Positions 1-11,900 of a DNA stretch of 64,000 nucleotides are shown piece after piece (position 1 is the first letter of the stretch; every line of letters starts with the position of its first letter). Location: contig NC_043012.1 of the NCBI RefSeq assembly GCF_006345805.1, forward strand, positions 16,368,001-16,432,000. Reading direction: 5' to 3'. The translations under genes and the position numbers were made by a program. Below the pieces are notes generated by a model, which worked only from the letters and a program-made list of their open reading frames with translations, had not been told where the DNA came from and did no database searches. This DNA is from Octopus sinensis. Lineage: Eukaryota.

Positions 1-290
1 AAAATCTTTGAAGAGACACGGTCGAAGGTTGCCCGTGGGACACGATTCCAGATTTGCTGTGAGCGTGACAGACGTTCTGCCAGTGGACCAAAGCAACCAT
101 TTTAGAAATTTTATTCTTACCAGAAAACGTTTAAACCAGTGCAGATGTTTTCTACGAATTACATTACTGAAGAATTTTAATAACAGATTATTGTGGCCGA
201 CTCTGTCCAAGGACTTGCAAAGACGAGATGTATGATGTCGGTGTTTGAACCCTTCTCCAAACAATTAAAATGCCTTCAAAATGAAATAAT
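1..290 (-). mobile_element. Degenerate non-LTR (CR1/L2-like) reverse-transcriptase fragment
   Basis: Minus-strand translation across frameshifts gives ILNCLEKGSNTDIIHLVFA / LDRVGHNNLLLKFFSNVIRRKHLHWFKRFL ... VP....RPCLF, resembling the LINE RT motifs D(I/V)IYLDFAKAFDKV.H..LL.KL and GVPQG..LGP.LF. Confidence 0.65.
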
Positions 291-490
291 CACTTCGTTT
301 CAAAATATAGCCAACCCACATAATAAAGGTTAGAGTCATATCATTAATACGCCTCTGTAATTCTGTTTTTGGATAAAAGACTTGCTTTGGTTCTGATACT
401 GTAGTCGCACTTGAGAAAACCTGCAGAAGTTAATTGTGTACCGACACATATTCACAGTAACCATTGAAATAGACAGACAGACATGTCTGT

Positions 491-776
491 GGGTATATAG
501 CGTAGTGGTTATGAGCGCGAGCAACAAACCTCAAGATTCCGAGTTCGATTCCAGGCAGTGACATAAATAATAATAATAATAATAATAACAACAACAGCAA
601 CATCGAAAAATACCTTAGGAATGAGAACCCAGGTTCGAAATCTCCCCAAGACACTTGAAGACTGGAGAGGATATCAGCCGAAATGATGTGTTAACAACAA
701 ACAAGATGAGGACAGGACAAATATCCCTCAAATTTAAATAATGTACATAATTCCTCATCTCTTAAATATAGAACTG
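491..776 (+). mobile_element. tRNA-headed SINE with hammerhead-bearing tail (family H), copy 1, degenerate ribozyme core
   Basis: A-box-like TAGCGTAGTGG, B-box GAGTTCGATTCC, internal (AAT)n, then a tail matching 10425-10636 and 11531-11985. The core reads ACAC-TTGAAG-ACTG...CAGCC-GAAAT-GAT-GTGTT (deletion in CTGATGA). Confidence 0.8.
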
Positions 777-1629
777 AATAGTAATCATCTATTTCCCATC
801 GCTCTAGAGGCCCCAGTATCGATTTTTTTAAAACTCTAAGTAGCCTATATTCAGGTCTGGGATATGAAGCAGCTGTGTTTAAATTTTTTAAAGAAATCCG
901 ATGAAAGATGAAGCAGTTATTGAGGTACATTATATTTTCGTATACATACACACACACACACACGTATACAGAAAACTTCAATTTCATATATATATACTTT
1001 ACCTACTCTAAAAAAAAATTTTAAACATGGAAGAAAATTATGTCTCCTTGTTTGGATCGATCTGCGCGATCATCCGAACTAATAATGGTAAAGTTTCTTT
1101 AAACTCAACATCGAAGCGCAAGTTTTTTATATGTGTCCGAGTTAGGCTAGAGACAAAATAGAGTGAATCGATTCAACAGTTTAACCTTCTATGTATGTGA
1201 TCTTCTATGTTAGAGTAATGACAGATGCGCTTATGCCTCACACATTCAGTAGAAAAGTCGAAACTAATGTGTTTGCTTTTTGTGTTGCTTCAAGGGCCTT
1301 AAATGGTGCTCTTTGTTGTTTCGTGGCAACACTGGAATTAATAATTTGTGTGCTGAGATAAAAAAAAAAAAACAGGGAGTGATGTTTTGATTGTTGAAGA
1401 ATTTGCATTTCGAGAACTCTTAAGATTGTTGATAAACGGCGAAATCTGTAGGATTAAGTCGGAATTTATATCTTCTGTGTATGTAAAGAAAAATACAAAA
1501 GGAATTTATTTTGGCGAGAAGTCTTTGCAGTAGCTAATCTGTCTGTTTGGTGGAAGTTCTTCGGTGGTGCTGTGTGTATGTTTGACTTTCATTTTATTTC
1601 TGTATCGTTCTTTATCATTTAAGTTTCAT

Positions 1630-1864
1630 TTACTCTTACTCTTTACTCTTTTACTTGTTTCAGTCATTTGACTGCAGCCATGCTGGAGCACCGCCTTTAG
1701 TCGAGCAAATCGACCCCAGGACTTATTATTTGTAAGTCTAGTACTTATACTATCGGGGACGTAAACACACCAGCATCGGTTGTCAAGCGATGTCGTGGGG
1801 GGGGGACAAACACAGACACACAAACACATACACACATACATATATATATATATATTATATATAT

Positions 1865-1906
<42 letters not shown>

Positions 1907-2071
1907 TACGACGGGCTTCTTTCAGTTTCCGTCTACCAAATCCACTCACAAGGCTTTGGTCAGCTCGAGGCTATATTAGAAAACACTTGCCCAAGGTGCC
2001 ACGCAGTGGGACTGAACCCAGAACCATGTGGTTGGTAAGCAAGCTATTTACCACACAGCCACTCCTGCGCC
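1630..2071 (-). mobile_element. SINE family A (tRNA-derived head, CORE-like GGCACCTTGGGCAAGTG, central TA/CA microsatellite, GTAAAAGA tail)
   Basis: Matches many copies in the window (2372-2775, 38172-38578, 43527-43993, 58896-59305 and others). Confidence 0.9.
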
Positions 2072-2371
2072 AGGAATTTGGCAATTTTTATATGGCGAAT
2101 GCTACATCCCTGACATACACGTTCTCAATGAAAGAATCCTGAGATACTTTCGGATGGAGACAATCACGTTTGTTGCACTTTATGCATAAGTATTTGGTAT
2201 TAGGGCTAAGAACTCTCTATTTATGACAATATAACAAAAATCGGGCGAATGCAACGTTATACATGACTTGTTGCCTCCAATTAAGGCTTTTAGACTATAA
2301 CAGTTTAGAGCAGTTTACAAATTTCATTCCAGGACCTTATTTGTTTAATGGAAACCAAGCTTGGGTATATA

Positions 2372-2775
2372 GGTGCAGCCGTGGCTGTGTGGTAAGAAGC
2401 TTGCTTCCCAACCACATGGTTTCGGGTTCAGTCCCACTGCGTGGCACCTTGGGGCAAGTGTCTTCTACTATAGCCTCTGGCTGACCAAAGCCTTGTGAGT
2501 GAATTTGATTGACGGAAATTGAAAGAAGTCCGTCGAATAGGCATGTGTGTGTGTGTGTATGTGTGTTTGTGTCTGTGTTTGTGCCTAGTACTGCTTGACA
2601 ACCGATGTTGGCGTGTTTACGTACCCATAACTTAGCGTTTCGGCAAAAGAAACCGATAGAATAAGTACCAGGCTTAACAAAATCGTAAGTATTGGGGTCA
2701 CTTATTTCGACTAAAAGTTCCAGGCGGTGCCCCAGCATGGCCGCACTCCAATGACTGAAACAAGTAAACGATAAA
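2372..2775 (+). mobile_element. SINE family A
   Basis: GTGGCTGTGTGGTAAGAAGCTTGCTTCCCAACCACATGG head through CCAGCATGGCCGCA...AATGACTGAAACAAGTAAA tail. Confidence 0.9.
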
Positions 2776-2793
2776 ATATATATATATATTCAC

Positions 2794-2825
<32 letters not shown>

Positions 2826-2829
2826 ATAC

Positions 2830-2918
<89 letters not shown>

Positions 2919-2926
2919 CACTATAT

Positions 2927-2978
<52 letters not shown>

Positions 2979-3015
2979 TTGTATATATATATATATATAT
3001 ATATATGTAAGTATG

Positions 3016-3049
<34 letters not shown>

Positions 3050-3110
3050 ATATATATATGTATGTATATACATACATATACACTAGTTATATGTATATAT
3101 ATATATATAC
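2776..3110. repeat. (TA)n microsatellite array
   Basis: Directly visible; the source of the YIYI ORFs. Confidence 0.95.
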
Positions 3111-3648
3111 ACTACAATTTATTGGTGGTGTGTATATCCTTGTTCGGACTTTTACATAATTACTTCCGCCCGTTTATTTAATATCGTCCCATGAGAGTGT
3201 ATGACGAGCCCAGAGTTACAATAGATATGACTTAACCATCGTATTACGTCTGTGAGTCGGTATCTCAACACTGAGAAGTGAACCTCTTAACCATCGGCCA
3301 TAACATCCATTATCGTAAGCAATATTTTGGGCTTAAGCCTTTTCCTCGTCAGTTGTCAGCGTATTTTCTTTTACCTCTTCTTTTACTTGGTTCAGTGATT
3401 GGACAGCAGCCACTCTGGCGCTGCCGCCTTAAGGGATCTAGTCAAACAAATCGCGCCCACTACTTACTTTTAAAATCTGATACTTATTTTATCAATTTCT
3501 TTTACCGGTTCCACTAGATTACAAGGACGTAAACAAACCTACCCCGATTGTCAAGATTGTGGGAGACAAAGACAAAGGCACACACAACTTCATACATACA
3601 TACGAGTATATATACTTTAATAATAAAACTGAAAAATCTTCACAAAAG

Positions 3649-3686
3649 CTGTTACTCGGAGTTTCACGTTCCTGTTCGTCGGACAG
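3649..3686 (-). ncRNA. Minimal type-I hammerhead ribozyme motif (left arm of palindrome)
   Basis: Reverse complement CUGU-CCGACGA-ACAGGAACGU-GAAAC-UCCGA-GUA-ACAG. Stem I is CUGU/ACAG; U4C core variant; stem II damaged. Confidence 0.65.
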
Positions 3687-3700
3687 TTTCTCAACCAAAA

Positions 3701-3737
3701 CTGTCTGACGAACGGAAACGTGAAACTCTGAGTAACA
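3701..3737 (+). ncRNA. Minimal type-I hammerhead ribozyme motif (right arm of palindrome)
   Basis: CUGU-CUGACGA-ACG(GAAA)CGU-GAAAC-UCUGA-GUA-ACA: canonical core, GNRA-capped stem II, GUA cleavage triplet, stem I UGU/ACA. Confidence 0.8.
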
Positions 3738-4419
3738 ACAGTTTTTGTGATGTTTTTTGAAACTTTATTGATAATGCATATTACTCTACCTCCGGTATTC
3801 GAGTACTGTTTCCACCTTGGTTTACATTTATGCGCTTACTCACAAACATACACGATGGAATTCCACATAGTTTCCAGCTATCAAATTCACTCATGTTACT
3901 TTGGTTGACCCAGGGGTTATAGCAAAACACACTTTGCACGAGGCCCCGTGCTCTGGCACTGTACTTGAAACCACGTCTTTGACAAGCGAGCTTTTCTTAT
4001 CCACACAACCATTCCCTGCGCTTAATTTTACATCTTTGTCCGTTTAATATCAATACAACCTATCGTTTTAATATCTGTTGCTTAATAGGTGCTGGCTGGC
4101 TGGCTGGCTGGCTGGTTGGTTGGTTATTCAGCTGTCTGGTTGGCTGGTTGGCTGATTGGCTGATTGGCTGGTTGGCTGATTGGCTGATTGGCTGGTTGGC
4201 TGGCTGGTGGGTTGGCTGGCTGGTTGGCTGGTTAACTGGTTGCTTTCTATCCTTTCGTTCGTTCGCTGCTCTTATCAGCTGCTTTCTGCATACATGTTTT
4301 ACCAGTTGGAAATTCGAGCTTTTAATAACTATTAATCTAATAAATTAAATTATCATATACATACAGCAATTCCCTTCGGATGGTATCTTAATTTTCCTCT
4401 GTGTTTTTATTACTGGCGT

Positions 4420-5090
4420 GGAGCATAAGGCCGACAAGCTGACAGAATCCTTGGCGCATCGAACAAAATGCTTAACATATATTTCTTTCGGCTCTTTACG
4501 TGCTATGATCAAATCTCGCGAAGATCAAATCTGCCTCTCATCTTTTTGTGGGGTCGATAAGATACGGCATCAATCTGGTACCAAGTCGATGCAATCGACT
4601 AATGCCCTCCTGCTACAATCTATGGCCTTGTGCCAGAATTTGAAACCATTACTAGGGCGTTTGGTTGGCAGAAATCGCCTGAGGGTCAGAAAAATTATTT
4701 CGTGAAATTTCATCCGTCTCTTTACGTCCTGTGTTCAAATTCCGCTGAGGTCGACTTTGCAGTTCATTCTTTAGTGATCGACGAAATAAGTACCAGTTAA
4801 GCTCTAGGGTCGATGTAACCGATTTGTACCCTTCTCCATGACAAAATTTCAGACCTTGTGCCAACAGTGGAAAAGATTATTAGGGCGGTTGATTGGTAGA
4901 CTCGTTAGAGCTTCAGAAGAAATACTTTGCAGCATTCTTTCCGGCCCTTTATGTTTTGAGTTCAAATCCCGCTGAAATCATCTTTACTTTTCATCCTTTC
5001 GCGGTTAATGAGATAAGTACCAGTCATGCACTTGGGTCGGTGTAATCGATCAGTCCCCCTCCACCAAAATATTTTGCCTCGTGCCTAAAA
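4420..5090 (+). mobile_element. Three head-to-tail copies of SINE family B (GGCGGCGAGCTGGCAGAA head; GGTCGACTTTGCCTTTCATCCTTTCGGGGTCGATAAA central domain)
   Basis: Units at about 4420-4652, 4655-4880 and 4882-5090; the first two end in GGCCTTGTGCC...ATTA(T/C)T. Confidence 0.8.
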
Positions 5091-5109
5091 TAAAAGAAAA
5101 AAACGTGGT

Positions 5110-5430
5110 AGTCCGTCGGTTAAGATGACGAGGGTTCCATTTGATCCGATCAACGGAACAGTCGGCTCGTGAAATTAACCTACAAGTGGCTGAGCACTCC
5201 ACAGACACACATAATCTGAACACAGTTCTCTAAGAGGTTCAGCCTGGCGTAGAATGGGACAAATCTGGACCTTTGAAATACAGGTACAACTCATTTTTGC
5301 CAGCAGAGTGGACTGGAGCTATGTGAAATAAAGTGTCTTGCTCAAGGACACACCACACCATCAGGAATCGAACTTCTAACCCTACGATCGTGAGCTGAAC
5401 ACCCTAACCCCTAAGCTACGCGTTTTCACC
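5110..5430 (-). mobile_element. SINE family C (tRNA head, CCTTGAGCAAGACAC domain, GGAACCCTCGTCGTCGTAACCGACGG tail)
   Basis: Inverse match to 12190-12505 and 19767-20086. Confidence 0.8.
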
Positions 5431-6308
5431 TAGAAAGTGTAGTGGTCTATGTAGCTAAATAATTGAATGATCTCCTTTGCACAGAAAGATTATAGAGTAA
5501 CCTTTTTCTAAGTTTCTCGAAGCATCAGTGTCATAAGATGTGATTCTTAATTATTCAAGAAGCTTAGCGCTTCTCTTGGAAGTTTTTAGGATGTCTAGCG
5601 TTCCATTAATAAAAGCAGCTTGCTAACCCAGCTCTTTGCTTCTTAGTCAATTAGACTTAGAGCCATTCACGTCATTGCTATGTCCGTCTATTTCTCTACG
5701 CCACATGACTGAAAACCACCACTTAGCTGTTATTTCTATATTTCGTATCTCTGAACTTTCTTGCATAGATTACTTCACTCAACAAGATTCTACATGATGA
5801 TTCTATGTATCATCATCATCGACTAGTAAATAAAATATATTTTCATGTCGTAAATATACAGTTCTTGAATTTATTCTTCATCTCTATATGAACTCTTGTA
5901 ATAATATACATGCAACCACATCAACACCTTGTACTGACTTTATATTTCCACTACAAAAGGATTATGAGGGCAGTTGACTGGCTTTGCGGCATTTCTGGGT
6001 TCAAACCCTGCTGAGATCAACTTTGCCTTTCCATAAAACGAAATAGCAGCCAAAGTCCTGGGATCATTGATGTCTAATAAACTTCTCGCTTTATTCAAAT
6101 TGCTCGCTTCTAAATTAGAAACAAGCACGAGAGCAGGGAATTGGCGGTGTTGTGAGAGCGTCGAACAAAATGCTTTGCGGTATTCTGGGGAAAGCTTTTT
6201 CTTCTCTTTAGGATCGATGAAATACAAAAACAGTCAAGTACTAGGATCGATTATAGTCGACTAAACCTCTCAAATTTGCTGGCCTTGTACCTTTATCATT
6301 GATAATAA

Positions 6309-6346
<38 letters not shown>

Positions 6347-6573
6347 GTATATATACGAATATACGACGAGCTTGTTTCCAAATACACTTAGTTATAGTTG
6401 AAGACCCTTGCCCAAGGTGCCCACGCAGTGGGACTGAACTCGGAGCCATGTGGTTGGGAAGCAAGCATTTTAGCACACAGCCATGACTGCGCCTATACAC
6501 ACACACACACACACACACATATATAATATCATATTAAAATATAATATAATATAACACACACACACACACACAC

Positions 6574-6670
<97 letters not shown>

Positions 6671-6679
6671 GTATCGTTG

Positions 6680-6862
6680 AAATTTACAGAAAAACAAAAG
6701 ACGAAGACAGGTGTATATAAAACAAGCATGTGTATAAGTTTAACGCTCGGGAAGGTGAGAAAGTCTTTTACGTTTCGAGCCTACGCTCTTCAACAGAAAG
6801 GAACTCGAGGAAATAAACAGAGAGAGAGAGAGAATAAAAATAAGCTTTAGTGGCCATCGATT
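6680..6862 (-). mobile_element. Short non-coding Penelope-end/retrozyme-like element containing a hammerhead
   Basis: Abuts (TA)n. Related copies lie at 53985-54140 (ribozyme deleted) and 51750-51970. Confidence 0.6.
6765..6800 (-). ncRNA. Minimal type-I hammerhead motif (A6U core variant)
   Basis: Reverse complement CUUU-CUGUUGA-A-GAGC(GUAG)GCUC-GAAAC-GUA-AAAG. Stems I and II are perfect; stem III is reduced to palindromic ACGU. Confidence 0.7.
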
Positions 6863-7412
6863 AATAATGTATCTAGCTTCGCTCTTTTCTTTCTTTTCAC
6901 TTTAACCCAAAGAAGATGGCTGCTTCTGTTAATTCACGATAAAACCAAAATCTTTTCAACGTGATGGCTGAAATTTCAGTATGAGGATGATGGGATTGGT
7001 GATGCGACTAAAATGTGAATGGTTCTTAACATGAGCAGAAACTTCTTGTTCTTTTATGTTGTTGAGGTCGTCGCCATTATTATTGATGATGATGATACTG
7101 TTTAACCCCCGTCACGGACCCGGTGACAGGCGTACAAGCCAAATCCAATTTTTTTTCCAGTTACTTACAACTATGTTATACATTATCCATTGTGTGTATG
7201 TTTCTTTAAGTTTTCTTGACAATGATTTAAATGAGATCTGGTTTTTATTTCTAGCAGAACCAGCGACCACATAGAGGCATTCACTTCGGCTCTGCTTGCG
7301 GTTTCGGCTGTTCATCGAGAACCTATCTAAGACGCGAGAGTCTCCCCCTCGTTGCTCGTTGTTCTTGTTGCTGTCGCTACATCTGCTATTGTTGTTGTTG
7401 GTGCTCTACCCG

Positions 7413-7847
7413 CATGGTTCTTGGTCTCAAGAATTTGTCTTATGAAGAAAGGCTGAAGACGCTCGACCTTTATTCTCTAGAAAAACGACGACGCCGTGGT
7501 GATCTCATTCTTGCTCACAACATCATAAGCGGAAAGTGTAACCTCTCGAAAGAGCTGTTCTTCACTCCTGCTCCAGAGCGTGGGCTGCGGGGTCACTCCG
7601 AAAAGCTGTATCTGCGACGATTTCATCTCAATCGAAGGAGAGGGGCTTTCTCCGTCCGGGTTGCGGATCCGTGGAATAAGCTGCCGGACGAGATGGTGAA
7701 GATGCCGACGACCACTCGGTTCAAAGTCTCCTTTGACCACAAGTGGCCTGAACTCTTTACATGAACACCACCCTGTACATAACTCCATGTCTCCCGACAT
7801 AGCCTTGCTTTTTGCTTTTTGAGCCAAAAAATTAACTAACTAACTAA
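7413..7847 (+). mobile_element. CR1-like LINE 3' fragment (ORF2 C-terminus, 3' UTR, (TAAC)n tail)
   Basis: ORF 7414-7764: GLKNLSYEERLKTLDLYSLEKRRRRGDLI...RGHSEKL...FSVRVADPWNKLP, typical of the CR1 ORF2 C-terminus. Confidence 0.9.
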
Positions 7848-7989
7848 TTTGTTACTGTCGACGTTAAACAATTTAACTGTTTAGAAAAAGAAATTTGCAT
7901 CTTATCGCTGTCAGACAATTGTAGACATAAAAAATTGCGTGAATGGGTGTTTGTGCATTTGCATGTGTCTGAGTGTAATCGAAATGTTT

Positions 7990-8840
7990 GTATAGTAGTG
8001 GTGGTGGTGGTGGTGGTGTGGTGGTGGTGGTGGTGGTCGTGGTCGTGGTGGTGGTGGTGGTCGTCGTCGTCGTCTTCCTCGTCGTGCAATGTAATGTAGG
8101 CTATCACGGTTGGTCTGATTGATTCTAGAATTTTCAAACTTCAAATTGATATTAGTTGTTTCATGCCTCGAAGTCACAGTTTGTTTCTAAGTGACGGCGG
8201 TGGCGGGGTGGAGGTGGGGGGGTCGTAGTTGTAGTGGTGGTGATGGTGGTGGTTGTGGTGATGGTAGTGGTAGTGATGGAGGAGGATAATTTTGGCAGTG
8301 ACCATGATAGAATTATTCATAATGGTGGTGGTAGTTGTGGTGGTGGTGGTGGTTGTGTTGGTGGTAGTGGAGGTGCTGTTAGTGATGGTGACGGTTGTGT
8401 GTGAATGGTGGTGTTTGATGTAAAGGAAATTTGTGGTAATGGTGTTAATGGTATAATTATTGGAGGCGGGTGTGTTGGTGGTGGTGCTGCTGCTGCTATT
8501 GCTGGGGGTGGTAGTGGTTTGTAGGACGGTAATGGTGACAGTGGCTGAGGTGGGAGGGATAACTGTGGTGGTGGTGGTGTGGTAGCAGTCACTATGATAG
8601 ATGAGTGTCGTTAAGGTGAGAATGATGATGATATTGATGATGATGATGATAATGATGATGATAATGATGATGATGTTAGCGGTGGTGCCGTTGGTCATGA
8701 TGATTGATATATTAATGGTCGTCTCGATACATCAAGGTGTAGGTGGCAATTAACACGGTGGCGGTAGTGCAGCGACGGCGGTGTATGTGGTGGTTTTGGC
8801 AGCGTTGGCGGCAATGGTGGTGGTGGTGGTGGTGGTGTTT
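7990..8840. repeat. Degenerate (GGT)n/(GAT)n trinucleotide field
   Basis: Directly visible; produces poly-T/H/I pseudo-ORFs. Confidence 0.9.
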
Positions 8841-9046
8841 GCCGCCATGTGTTGACGTTATCATGTCTGTGTTTTTGTTGTTTTTTGTGTTGTTTTGTTT
8901 TGATTTTTTTGTTTCTGTGATTGCTGGTCCCCAGTTTCGTTAACGCTTCACTGGATCAGGAATTGTCCTTTGGGAGATGTCGTTGTGTATGATGACAGTA
9001 TAATATAACAGGGATTGGCGTAGTGTATTATTAGAACCAGCACAAA

Positions 9047-9672
9047 GGCGGCGAGCTGGCAGAAACGTTAGCACGCCGGGCAAAATGCGTAGCCGTATTT
9101 CGTCTGCCGTTACGTTCTGAGTTCGAATTCCGCGGAGGTCGACTTTGCCTTTCATCCTTTCGGGGTCGATAAATTAAGTACCCGTTACGCACTGGGGTCG
9201 ATATAATCGACTTAATCCGTGTGTCTGTCCTTGTTTGTCCTCTCCGTGTTTAGCCCCTTGTGGGTAGTAAAAAGAAATAGGTAATACGTCTGCCGTTACG
9301 TTCTGAGTTCAAATTCCGCCGAGGTCGACTTTGTCTTTCATCCTTTCGGAGGTCAATTAAATAAGTACCAGTTACGCGCTGGGGTCAATGTAATCGGCTT
9401 AATCCCTTCCTCCAAATTTGATGCCTTGTGCTTCCAGTGGAAAGGATTATTAGAAACATCAGAAAGGCAGCGAGTTGGCAGACTCGATAGCACGCCGGAC
9501 AAAATGCCTAACGGTGTCTCTTCCGACTCATTTCGTTCTGAGTTCAGTTCCACCAACGTCAATTTTACCTTTCGAGGTCGATAAAATAAGCAGCTGTTGA
9601 ACACTGAAGTTGATGTAATCCACTTTCTGCCTTCTCTCAAAATTGCTGGCCTTGTACTCAAATTAGAAAGAA
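9047..9672 (+). mobile_element. SINE family B, dimeric subfamily (9047-9452) plus a tandem monomer (9466-9672)
   Basis: Head GGCGGCGAGCTGGCAGAAACG; the linker TTTAGCCCCTTGTGGGTAGTAAA precedes a second copy of the body. Confidence 0.85.
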
Positions 9673-10337
9673 TATAAACCCGACCATCAGCTTAAAGCAG
9701 GCATGGGCAAGCTTTTTCGAGAAATGGGCCGCACTACTAAAAACGTCTTGGTAATATTTCGATGGACGTACCATTCAATCTTGAAGGCCGTACTTTTCCC
9801 ATAATGCATGCCAAAATGGTAATTATCATGTTAATTATACCATTGTACGACAGCATTACTTAATCTGTTAAACTACAGTTCGTTGCACCGCTGCACTAAT
9901 GCACCCCACGACATTGAAAATACTTGTCTTTATCCTGCGAGAATTGTAAACATTGCCAGTAACACTTTTTATAAAAGACGATTTTTCAGATGTTCGTCAT
10001 TTTTTTTCACATCAGATATCTCTTTACAGAATAAGAATCAAATATCTTTTAGTGGCCAATATGAAAAATTCCACCAACAGGAGATGCTGAACGAGAATAG
10101 CAGAAGCAGAAAATAATCAATTCTATTATTAGGTGGTTAATTGACTTCATTATTAGAATGACCGTGAAATTTAATTACGCAGTGAAAGGTAAGGCAATAA
10201 TTATGGACGATTTGTTTGTTTGTTTTTTATAATTTAATCCCACAAGCAATAAATATAATCTCTGCACTTCTCTTTCTTACGTCTTCAACGCAACACATTT
10301 ACAGCTTTGTAGAACTGGTCATTCAAAGAGTCTAAAA

Positions 10338-10459
10338 CAGTGGTTCTCAACCAATTTTTGCTTATGGCTCCTTATGACTCTAATTTTACTCGGGTGGACC
10401 CTCATAATTATTCCATGTTTAAAAAACCCCAAGATTCCAAGTTCGATTCTAGGCAGTGA

Positions 10460-10531
<72 letters not shown>

Positions 10532-10771
10532 CAACAACATAGAAAAATACCTTAGGAATGAGAACTCAGGTTCGAAATTTCCCCAAGACATCTGATGAAA
10601 CAAGATCAGGACAAATATCCGTCGAATGTAAATAATTAGCAACTGTATTTAAAAATTGTTGAAATATTTTGTGTTTCGTAGAAATAGAATCAATTTACTG
10701 CATATAAACTTTATCAACAAAATTTCATATGAAACCCCCAGGGTCATATGGGCCTCGGTTGAGAACCACTG
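10338..10771. mobile_element. hAT-superfamily MITE with 15-bp TIRs and 8-bp TSD, carrying a nested family-H SINE
   Basis: TIRs CAGTGGTTCTCAACC (10338-10352) and GGTTGAGAACCACTG (10757-10771); identical GTCTAAAA flanks at 10330-10337 and 10772-10779. A degenerate second copy lies at about 50665-50895. Confidence 0.9.
10425..10636 (+). mobile_element. Family-H SINE copy 2 (5'-truncated, 3' half of ribozyme deleted)
   Basis: AAGATTCCAAGTTCGATT...(AAT)n...CCCCAAGACATCTGATGAA joined directly to ACAAGATCAGGACAAATATCC. Confidence 0.8.
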
Positions 10772-11154
10772 GTCTAAAACAATGTCCCCCCCCCCAACTG
10801 TTTTGTAACTCATTTTAGCATCTTCACACCTTTTAGTGGGAGATATTTTATCAATGCTCACCCCACCTTATAGTTTTGCAAACGAAACAGGAGATTCCTT
10901 TTATCAGAAGCTAATGTTTCAGGGAAGTGTTACTATCGATATTATTTTTTTTATACCAACCCAACCAGGACATCCCTGTTTTTAGATATTTGCATGGATT
11001 ATTGATCCTCATATTAAATTTTCATGGCAAATGGAAGGACGTATTTAATGAAGTTGCACTCGACCTCTGTTCTCTGCTCATTGAAAAACAGAATGTCCTA
11101 TTTATATTTTAATGACAACAAACACTGATTTTTAAACGGTGTTCAACTCAATGG

Positions 11155-11365
11155 TCTCAAATTTTGGCACAAGGCCAGCAATTTCGGGGGAAGGGGTAAG
11201 TCGATTACATCAACCCCAGTGCATAACTGGTACTTATGTAATCGACCCCGAAAGGATGAAAAGCAAAGTCGACCTGGGCGGAATTTGAACTCAGGACGTA
11301 AAATCGGACGAAACGCCGCTAAGCATTTTCTCCGGCGTGCTAACGTTTCTATCACCTCGCCTCTT
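11155..11365 (-). mobile_element. SINE family B
   Basis: Inverse match to the family B body. Confidence 0.85.
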
Positions 11366-11582
11366 TAGAAGGGCTGAAAATGTAAGAATTGTACTTGGTT
11401 TACGTTTAAGTGCGTTGTTTCTGAAAATAAACATCATATCATCCCTCTGAACATCCAGCATCTTTGACAATTATTTGACTCATAGTGAGTGTAAATTTTT
11501 GTTAGACCTATAAACATATATACTCCTGTTTATTTACATTATTTATATTTGATGGATATTTGTCCTCATCTTGTTTGTTGTT

Positions 11583-11629
11583 AACACAACGTTTCGGCTG
11601 ATATACTCTCCAGCCTTCATCAGGTGTCT
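11583..11629 (-). ncRNA. Minimal type-I hammerhead ribozyme inside a SINE
   Basis: Reverse complement GACAC-CUGAUGA-A-GGCUG(GAGAGUAUAU)CAGCC-GAAAC-GUU-GUGUU: canonical core, 5-bp stems I and II, palindromic AACGUU in place of stem III. Confidence 0.85.
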
Positions 11630-11681
11630 TGGGGAGATTTCGAACCTGGGTTCTCATTCCTAAGGTATTTTTGCGATGTCA

Positions 11682-11900
11682 AGGCGGCGAGCTGGCAGAA
11701 TCGTGAGCACGCCAGGCGAAATGCTTAGCGGTGTTTCGTCTGCCGCTGCGTTCTGAGTTCACATTCCGCCGAGGTCGACTTTGCCTTTCATCCTTTCGAG
11801 GTCGATAAATTAAGTACCAGTTGAGTACTGGGGTCGATGCGATCGACTTACCCCTTACCCCAAAATTTCAGGCCTTGTGCCTATAGCAGAAAAGATCATT
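11682..11900 (+). mobile_element. SINE family B nested in the (ATT)n tract of a family-H SINE
   Basis: Full head-to-tail match, ending AGAAAAGATCATTATTATT. Confidence 0.9.

Larger units (their letters stand above)
3368..4022 (-). mobile_element. Diverged SINE family A copy, interrupted in its central microsatellite by a fold-back hammerhead element
   Basis: Tail part at 3368-3600 and head part at 3850-4022 flank an unrelated insert. Confidence 0.7.

Noticed and set aside
1027-1092. Possible first coding exon (ATGGAAGAA...AATG|GTAAAG)
   Set aside because: Only 20 codons, a weak donor and no recognisable peptide or downstream exon.
4420-5090. Regularly recurring direct repeats resembling a CRISPR array
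   Set aside because: Units are ~220-bp diverged SINE copies with no unique spacers and no cas genes, in a eukaryotic context.
9698-9806. Tiny hAT-like MITE (CAGGCATGGGCAA ... TTTCCCATAATG)
   Set aside because: The right TIR is too degraded and no TSD is visible.
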